The notes beneath the pieces are model-generated. The model made no database searches. It was not told the origin of the DNA and saw only the letters and a list, made by a program, of their open reading frames with translations. Below, one piece after another: positions 1 to 6,195 of a stretch of DNA of 26,237 nucleotides; position 1 is the stretch's first letter; each line of letters opens with the position of its first letter. The stretch is from positions 818-27,054 of the forward strand of contig DNGH01000057.1 of NCBI GenBank assembly GCA_003486285.1, given 5' to 3'. The position numbers were made by a program, and so were the translations under genes. This DNA is from Actinomycetota bacterium. Lineage in GTDB: Bacteria; Actinomycetota; Acidimicrobiia; Spongiisociales; UBA11373.

Positions 1-86
1 CGGTTACCGGTTTCCGGTTACCCGTTCTCCGAGCCCGCTTCCATGACGACCGGAGACTGGGGACTGGAGACTGGGGACTGGCGAGC
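1..86. repeat. Two period-7 tandem arrays, (CGGTTWC)n at 1-28 and (GGNGACT)n at 52-86, mutually complementary with G-U pairs
   Basis: Units read directly: cggttac cggtttc cggttac ccgttct; ggagact ggggact ggagact ggggact ggcgagc. Confidence 0.85.
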
Positions 87-135
87 GCCTCCCCTTTCGA
101 GGAAACGGTGGGGCCGGATCGTTACGCTTGCGGCG

Positions 136-990
136 TTGAAGCAGCCTCCCGAGATCGCCTGCATCGTGGTCAGCTACCGGAGCCCACGGGACATGGTGGC
201 CGCGGTGCGATCCATCCTCGTCCAGGACGTCCCCGTCGAGGTGGTTGTGGTCAATTCCGGGGGCGGGGAGCCGGCCGCCGCCCTCGCCGCAGCCGGCATC
301 GACGTGCCGGTCATCGACCATCCCGAGAGACTGTTCTACGGCGGTGCCGCCAACCTGGGGATCGCCGCCACCACCGCTCCTTTGGTGTCGTTGCTTGCTG
401 CGGACTGTGTCGCCGAGGCCGGTTGGCTGGCGGCTCGCATCGAACGGCACCGGTCGGGCGCCTCAGTCGTGGCCGCTGCGATCACCAACGCCTATCCCAA
501 GAACGTGTTCTCCTGGGCGGCACACGTGTTGCTGTGGTCGCCACGCATGCCCGGGGTCGCTCCAGCGCAGGCGCTGCTCTACGGCTTGTCGTTCAAGCGG
601 GAAGTGCTGGATGCAGTCGGCGGCTTCCGGTCCAACCTGCGAGCTGGGGAGGACACCGACATCAAAGAGCGCCTATCAGGCAGGTACCAACCGGTGTGGG
701 AGCCCAGGGTTCGGACCGCCCATCGCAACCCGAGGGGCCTCTTCTCCCTCCTCGCCGATCAGTACCGCCGCGGTTCCCGCAGCGTTCGGACATGGCGAGA
801 CCTGGGTCAATTGCAGGTGAGCCGCACGGTGGCCAGCAACGCGCTCCGCCGCTTCCCCTCTCTCATCAGGGTTGCCTGGGCGGCGGCGCTCCCCGGCGAG
901 CGTCGCTGGATCGCCCTGGCCACCCCCCTGGTGCCGTTGGGTGCATTCGCCTACGCCTTGGGAGCGGCGATCGGGCGGGGAGAGATCTGA
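136..990 (+). CDS. Glycosyltransferase family 2 (GT-A fold)
   Basis: IACIVVSY, VVVVNSGG, GGAANLGIAA, LAADC (DxD-like), GGF and GEDTD motifs. TTG start at 136 preferred over ATG 43 because TACGCT (123-128) lies 7 nt upstream and the ATG-43 extension translates the heptamer repeats. Confidence 0.85.
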   Translation: MKQPPEIACIVVSYRSPRDMVAAVRSILVQDVPVEVVVVNSGGGEPAAALAAAGIDVPVIDHPERLFYGGAANLGIAATTAPLVSLLAADCVAEAGWLAARIERHRSGASVVAAAITNAYPKNVFSWAAHVLLWSPRMPGVAPAQALLYGLSFKREVLDAVGGFRSNLRAGEDTDIKERLSGRYQPVWEPRVRTAHRNPRGLFSLLADQYRRGSRSVRTWRDLGQLQVSRTVASNALRRFPSLIRVAWAAALPGERRWIALATPLVPLGAFAYALGAAIGRGEI

Positions 991-1024
991 GCCCGACCCA
1001 TCGCCGCTGCCCGCATGCGACGGG

Positions 1025-2344
1025 CTACATCTCCCGATCGCCCTTGGGCAGGCTCCCCCCAACCAGCAGCCGATACGAGCCGGCCAAGATGGGGTGCGCC
1101 CTCAACCAGGTTTGCAGTCGCACGGCGCGCGAGGAGCGCAGCAGCTCCAGGTCGGCCTGGAGTGACTCCACCCGGCCGGTCGACTTCCCGGCCAGGGAAG
1201 CGGAGGCGGTCGACGCCTCGAGGGCGGCATCCAGCCGCTCACGGAGCACACCGATCTCGGCTCGGGCCGCCGAAACGCGTCGTCCGATGTCGAGCTCGCT
1301 GTGCCCCTGGGCCTCCCGTGTCGCCTGGGGAATCACGAGGGTCTGCACCAGGTGCAGGTACGCCGCCAGCTCGGCTGCCTCGGTGGAGGCGGCGACGGCG
1401 GCTTGCCCGGACCAGCCGGCAATCACATCCGCATACACCTTCTCGATGCGATCGACCGCCGCCTCGAGGCCAGCATGCGCTCTGATCCAGACCTGCACTG
1501 CAGCGGCATCAACAGGGTCGTATTGGTCCAGGCGGTCTCGAATCAGGTCGATCCGGGGCGCATGATCCAACGCAGCCATGCCGAAGTTGGCGGCAGCAAG
1601 TCCCTCGACCGTGGCCCGGGTCACCATCGGTCCCAGACCCTCCGCGCCGCACATGACCACGGCGCACCCGACCGCCATGGCCTCCATGGCGGCCCGGCCC
1701 CGGGCGAACACGATGTCGTACTCCGCCAGGATGTCCTCGGGCCGATCGAGGAACCGCCCGGTCTGGACCCCAAGACTCTCGACCTCGATGCCACGCTCCT
1801 CACACGCGGTCACCGCGAGATGATGAAAGCCGTCACCCGGTACCGCGTGGTTGTCGAACACCAGGGCGCGTTTCGCCCGCCCGGGAAGCGGCTGCGGACG
1901 CGGACGGAACCGCTCCAAGTCGACGAAGTTCGGGACCACCTCGACCATTTCGGGGGGGATGCCCTCTTCGGTGATCAGGCGTTCGCGGCGCAACGCATCG
2001 ACCGCGACATAGCGCACGATGCGAGAGAAGCGAGGTGGCATCTCCTGCCACGGCAGCCACCCGTGGCAGAAGAAGACCGCCGGGACTCCCGGAAAGTGCA
2101 GCAGGGCCTCGACCGTCGGGAGGTGGTGCTGACCGTGGATCAGGTCCGGGGGATCGTCGAGCAGCGACAGGTCCCGGACCACCGGTACTGCGCACTCCCG
2201 CACATCTTCGGCGGCCCGTCCGAGAAACGGGGAGTAGGCCATGGGGTGATGACCCCGCCGCCTGAGCGCGGCGGCGAGGTCCCGCAGATACAGCTCCGAG
2301 CCTCCCCTGACATCGAGCTTATGGTTGGTGAGCAGGATTCGCAC
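1025..2344 (-). CDS. Glycosyltransferase family 4 (GT-B fold) with C-terminal coiled-coil tail
   Basis: Starts MRILLTNHKLDVRGGSELY; PDLIHGQH, VPNFVDLERF and GRAAMEAMAVG (EAMAxG) motifs. GTG at 2344 has TATGGT 8 nt upstream. Confidence 0.88.
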   Translation of the reverse strand: MRILLTNHKLDVRGGSELYLRDLAAALRRRGHHPMAYSPFLGRAAEDVRECAVPVVRDLSLLDDPPDLIHGQHHLPTVEALLHFPGVPAVFFCHGWLPWQEMPPRFSRIVRYVAVDALRRERLITEEGIPPEMVEVVPNFVDLERFRPRPQPLPGRAKRALVFDNHAVPGDGFHHLAVTACEERGIEVESLGVQTGRFLDRPEDILAEYDIVFARGRAAMEAMAVGCAVVMCGAEGLGPMVTRATVEGLAAANFGMAALDHAPRIDLIRDRLDQYDPVDAAAVQVWIRAHAGLEAAVDRIEKVYADVIAGWSGQAAVAASTEAAELAAYLHLVQTLVIPQATREAQGHSELDIGRRVSAARAEIGVLRERLDAALEASTASASLAGKSTGRVESLQADLELLRSSRAVRLQTWLRAHPILAGSYRLLVGGSLPKGDREM

Positions 2345-2414
2345 GGGCGGATACCATAGACTCTGCGGAATCCTGGAGCGGGGGAGCCTCATTCCAAAGT
2401 TTCATCTGCCACGA

Positions 2415-3158
2415 GTGTCGCCGCGCCGTCGGCCCGCCCGCTTGTTGTCGCTGCTCGCCTTCCGCGACGAGATGCGCTTCCTGCCCGGTTACTTCGCCAA
2501 TGTGGTTGCCGAGTCGGACGGGGTCGTGGCACTGGATGACGGATCCACCGACGGGTCCGCGGAGTACGTGATGGGCCGGCCCGAGGTCCTCGAGCTGATC
2601 CGGCAGCCCGTGCAGGAGCCGCACCATTGGGACGACGCCCGCAACCACCGCCTCCTCGTGGAGGCGGCCCGACGCCATCGGCCCGACTGGCTCCTGGGCC
2701 TGGACGCCGACGAACGCCTGGAGCACGGATTCAGGGCGCGTGCCGAGTCCGAGATCGATCGGGCGCGGCGCGAGGGGTATTCCGCCTACGCCGTCTGGCT
2801 TCGCGAGGTGTGGGGCTCCCCAACGACGATCCGCATCGACGGCATCTGGGGACGGAAGCGGCATGCCCGCATGTTCGTATCCCGCGACGACCACGAGTTC
2901 CACGAGCAGAGGCTGCACTGTCATTGGGCACCGCTGAACGGTCGCCTGGCCGACGGGAGCTTCCCGCCGGCTGATCTCATCATCTACCACCTGCGCATGC
3001 GGTACGCCGAAGACCGGATCGCCCGCCGGGACCGGTACAACCGCCTCGACCCCGATCGAGAGATGCAGGCCATCGGATACGACTACCTGACCGATGAAAC
3101 CGGCATCGAGTTGGCCTCGATCGATCCCGCGCGCTCCTACCGCCCGATCCCCGCCTGA
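2415..3158 (+). CDS. Glycosyltransferase family 2
   Basis: LLAFRDEMRFL, VVALDDGSTDGS, RN..L, WLLGLDADE and IYHL motifs. GTG 2415 is the first plausible start not overlapping the divergent GT4; the exact start is uncertain. Confidence 0.82.
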   Translation: MSPRRRPARLLSLLAFRDEMRFLPGYFANVVAESDGVVALDDGSTDGSAEYVMGRPEVLELIRQPVQEPHHWDDARNHRLLVEAARRHRPDWLLGLDADERLEHGFRARAESEIDRARREGYSAYAVWLREVWGSPTTIRIDGIWGRKRHARMFVSRDDHEFHEQRLHCHWAPLNGRLADGSFPPADLIIYHLRMRYAEDRIARRDRYNRLDPDREMQAIGYDYLTDETGIELASIDPARSYRPIPA

Positions 3159-3163
3159 CCGTA

Positions 3164-3177
3164 GGCGACTGGCGACT
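3164..3177. repeat. Two copies of heptamer GGCGACT between convergent genes
   Basis: ggcgact ggcgact; same GGNGACT consensus as 52-79. Confidence 0.55.
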
Positions 3178-3181
3178 CACC

Positions 3182-3589
3182 CTACCGCGGCGCCCTCCAC
3201 GCCTCGTATGCCACCCCTTCCATCCACTCGTTGAAGTGGACGGCGCGGTGTCGTGCCTTCATCGCCTCGAACAGCTCGGCGCTCGGTGACGTCGCCAGGG
3301 CGTGCCGCACCAGGTCGAGTTGCGGTTCCCAACCTCGCGAGCCGAGTGCCTCGTCGACACCATTGCGCCAGTCGGGGAGATGCGAGGCTCCCGAGGCGTA
3401 CCGGGTGGCCAGCTTGCGGGCGAAGCGGATCGCCGCCCGCAAGGCCTTGGCTTGATCGCGGTCATGGCCCACCGCGGCGAAGGCCTCCTCCATCCATTCC
3501 GCCAGCGAGGAGTCGTCGATCTCCGCGGCCGTCTCGACGGCGCGCCGGTAGAGGGCGTCCACCAGTTCGACCGCGTCGAGTGCGCTCAC
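3182..3589 (-). CDS. Hypothetical protein, probably helical, translationally coupled to pckA
   Basis: 135-aa ORF with natural composition; its GTG start overlaps the pckA TGA (GTGA). Confidence 0.8.
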   Translation of the reverse strand: MSALDAVELVDALYRRAVETAAEIDDSSLAEWMEEAFAAVGHDRDQAKALRAAIRFARKLATRYASGASHLPDWRNGVDEALGSRGWEPQLDLVRHALATSPSAELFEAMKARHRAVHFNEWMEGVAYEAWRAPR

Positions 3590-5103
3590 ACCGCGCCGGC
3601 GATCTCGGGGAGAAGATCGCGGAAGCCGTGGAGGTGCTCACGGCGCTCGCGGTGCAGGTTGGCCACCACCTCGGCGTACTCGGTCGAGCGCTGCTGGCGC
3701 TGATAGAGGAGGCGCGGCTGCAGCATCTCGACGTCGTCCACTCCGGGAACCGCGGTGGCGACCTCGTACCCGAAGTCGGGATCGACGGTCCACTCGATCC
3801 CCCCATTGGCGATCGCCGACACGATCGCCGCGGAGGTGGCCGGGGTGATCTTGCGCGATTGCTCGTCGCCATCGGGACCACCGACCCGACCCGTGTTGAG
3901 CACGAAGACCTCGAGGGTGCAGGTGTCGAGCAGTTCCCGCAGCCGGTTGCCCTGCCACTCGTGCCGGTAGGCGAAGAAGGGATTGGTCCCCGGGACCCGC
4001 AGCGCCTTGCCCGCCTCGGCGACGCCGCCGGCACTGGTGCCCTGGGTCTCGCCGAGCATGAAGTAGGCGGCCGCCTCGTCCTTGGTGAGGCGCGACACCG
4101 CGGGGATGATGTTCCAGTTGCGATTGAGGATCAGCATGAAGTCCGCGGTCTCGACGTTGGCCGGGGCGATGAAACCCGGGATGTCGCTGGCGGCGATCAC
4201 GGCGCGGCTGTTCTCGGTGTGTGACTTGTCGAACCAATCGAGCCTTCCGTCTCCGTCGATGGCGACGTTCTCGAGGTACGACTCGGGACGGGTGGCACCG
4301 TGCCACACCGCCGGCTCCGACTCCGGGGTGAGCCCGTAGACCTTGGCAAAGGTGCCGGCCTCGGTGCCGTATACCCTGCCGCCGGGGAACAGCGCGATGA
4401 AGTCGTCCTGCACCGGAGCCCCGCCCCCGGCAGTGGAGAAGGTCGTGGTGGTCTTGCCGGTGCCCGACAGACCCACCACGAGTCCGGCGCGGCGCCGACC
4501 GTCGGTACCCATAAGTTTGAGGCCGCTGTGCATCGCCAGCCCGCCCCGCCGGTACATGGCGGCGTCCCACATCCGCAGGCCGCCCATCTTCGACTCGCCG
4601 AAGTAGTCGGCGTTGAAGACCCGGGTCACCCCGTCGTCGAGGTCGACGAGGATCCCGCGGTCGTCGGGAAAGCCGGGTGCGGTGAGGTTGGGCGTGTAGA
4701 TCACGGTGAGTTCGGGCTCCGCGGTGTCGTCGGCGGGGAAGTAGAGCAAGCGCTGCATCGCGGCCAGGTTGGCGTTCGACCGCTCCACCACCAGCCGGGT
4801 CCGCATCCTGGCCGTGGGGTGATCCCCGATGTACCCGTCGATCACGATCATGTCCCGCGTGGCGACGTAGGCATCCTGGGAGGCGGCGAGCGCGTCATAC
4901 GCCTCCCGCGAGATCACCGGGTCGGTATGGAGGTGGGACTGGTCCGAGACGATGAAGGTCGAGCCCTTGGACCGAGCCGTCACCGTGGTGACGATGTCGT
5001 AGTTGCCGAACTCCGTGAGGCGGGCCGTCGCCTGGGCCGCGGTGAGCTCACGCAGCTCATCGGGTCCGGGATTGAACAGCACCGAGCGTGCACGGATCTC
5101 CAT
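3586..5103 (-). CDS. pckA: Phosphoenolpyruvate carboxykinase (ATP), divergent type
   Basis: TARS, YFGESK, MHSG, P-loop GLSGTGKT, QDD, TENSRA and LNTG motifs; purine-rich RBS (GAGGGG) upstream. Confidence 0.9.
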   Translation of the reverse strand: MEIRARSVLFNPGPDELRELTAAQATARLTEFGNYDIVTTVTARSKGSTFIVSDQSHLHTDPVISREAYDALAASQDAYVATRDMIVIDGYIGDHPTARMRTRLVVERSNANLAAMQRLLYFPADDTAEPELTVIYTPNLTAPGFPDDRGILVDLDDGVTRVFNADYFGESKMGGLRMWDAAMYRRGGLAMHSGLKLMGTDGRRRAGLVVGLSGTGKTTTTFSTAGGGAPVQDDFIALFPGGRVYGTEAGTFAKVYGLTPESEPAVWHGATRPESYLENVAIDGDGRLDWFDKSHTENSRAVIAASDIPGFIAPANVETADFMLILNRNWNIIPAVSRLTKDEAAAYFMLGETQGTSAGGVAEAGKALRVPGTNPFFAYRHEWQGNRLRELLDTCTLEVFVLNTGRVGGPDGDEQSRKITPATSAAIVSAIANGGIEWTVDPDFGYEVATAVPGVDDVEMLQPRLLYQRQQRSTEYAEVVANLHRERREHLHGFRDLLPEIAGAV

Positions 5104-5136
5104 CTACCCCTCGTCCTCGCCTGGAGGGCGGTCAGT

Positions 5137-5988
5137 CTACGAGATGCCCGCCGCCGACGGGTTGGCCGCCATCGTCTCCGCGGCGACGACGTCGGCAAAC
5201 GCTGCGGCGAGGCGGGAGCCCACAGGACCGCCGGAAACGACGTGATCGCCGATCAGCTCGACCGGGACCACCTCCTTGACCGTCGAGAGTGCCAGCACCT
5301 CCTCGGCAGCCTCCACCCGCTCGATCGGGTAGTGGCCTTCAGCGACCGGCAAGCGCAATCGGGCACAGCACTCGAGCACGACGTCGCGAGTGATCGAGGG
5401 AAGGATCCCCAGGTCGAGCGACGGTGTCTCGATCCGGCCGCGGTGCACCCAGGCGAACGAGAAGGTCGGGCCCTCCAGCACCACCCCATCCTTCGTGAGC
5501 AGCATCGCGTCGTCGTAGCCGAGACGGCGGGCCCGATCGGTCGTCGCCATGTTCGGGGCGTACGACGTCCATTTCACTCCGGGGAAGCCAGACTCCGTGG
5601 TGGCAGGGTGCCAGGGAGCGACCATCGGGAGCACCTTGACCCGCGCCGGCACGAAGGGCAGCGGCTCCCACATCACCACGATCCGCGGTGCGGCCTCCTG
5701 CAAAGGATCACGGCCGCCGCCGGTGAGGATCACGCGGACCTGTCCATCGCCATTGGCCGCGGCGACGCGTGCCATGTCGACCCCGAGAGCGGTGCGATCC
5801 GGTGCGGGGATCGCCATGGCAGCCGCGCTCTTCTCGAGACGGTCGAGATGGGGGTCGAGGCGGAACAGAGCCCTCTGGTACACCCGGACCACCTCGAACA
5901 CGCCAAAGCCGCGGATGAACGCCCAGTCGAACACCGAGATGACGGCAGATGCGGCGTCGTGAGCGACACCGTCGATGATCACCCGCAT
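5137..5988 (-). CDS. PLP-dependent fold-type IV aminotransferase, possibly a non-canonical D-amino acid transaminase
   Basis: RGFGVFE, HLDRL, catalytic K in GVKWTSY, EGPT, LPSITR, EEVLALSTVKEVVPV; TAGGCT -10 lies 7 nt upstream of the ATG. Confidence 0.9.
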   Translation of the reverse strand: MRVIIDGVAHDAASAVISVFDWAFIRGFGVFEVVRVYQRALFRLDPHLDRLEKSAAAMAIPAPDRTALGVDMARVAAANGDGQVRVILTGGGRDPLQEAAPRIVVMWEPLPFVPARVKVLPMVAPWHPATTESGFPGVKWTSYAPNMATTDRARRLGYDDAMLLTKDGVVLEGPTFSFAWVHRGRIETPSLDLGILPSITRDVVLECCARLRLPVAEGHYPIERVEAAEEVLALSTVKEVVPVELIGDHVVSGGPVGSRLAAAFADVVAAETMAANPSAAGIS

Positions 5989-6021
5989 TCAGGCGAGCCT
6001 AGCCCCGGTACCTCGGTCCGA

Positions 6022-6075
6022 CTACGGATGATCGCCCAGGGTCGGGGGCGGTGGCGGCGGTGGGAGGTTCGTCAT
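6022..6075 (-). CDS. Candidate 17-aa proline-rich small peptide MTNLPPPPPPPTLGDHP
   Basis: ATG at 6075 preceded by GAGGAGGAG (6086-6078); 7 consecutive Pro codons; TAG at 6024-6022. Confidence 0.35.
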   Translation of the reverse strand: MTNLPPPPPPPTLGDHP

Positions 6076-6195
6076 GGCTCCTCCTCGGCGCGTGCCCCGC
6101 GCCGCGCTCGATCTGCGGGATCCGACTCGAGTGTGAGCCGGGGCGTCTCGTCCCCAAGACCGCCGCTGCCGCACCGCGGTCGTACCCTCTGGGCG

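Noticed and set aside
43-135. ATG-43 start of the first glycosyltransferase
   Set aside because: The extension translates the heptamer repeats (GDWGLETGDW); a -10 hexamer and the domain boundary favour TTG 136.
108-1565. 485-aa + strand ORF and many similar Arg/Pro/Gly-rich ORFs in the track
   Set aside because: They are off-frame or antisense to well-supported genes, with low-complexity composition and no motifs.
4300-6195. 632-codon N-terminal extension of glnE (1567-aa ORF)
   Set aside because: It lies antisense to pckA and the aminotransferase, a stop-free shadow frame typical of high-GC DNA. GlnE similarity begins after 6196.
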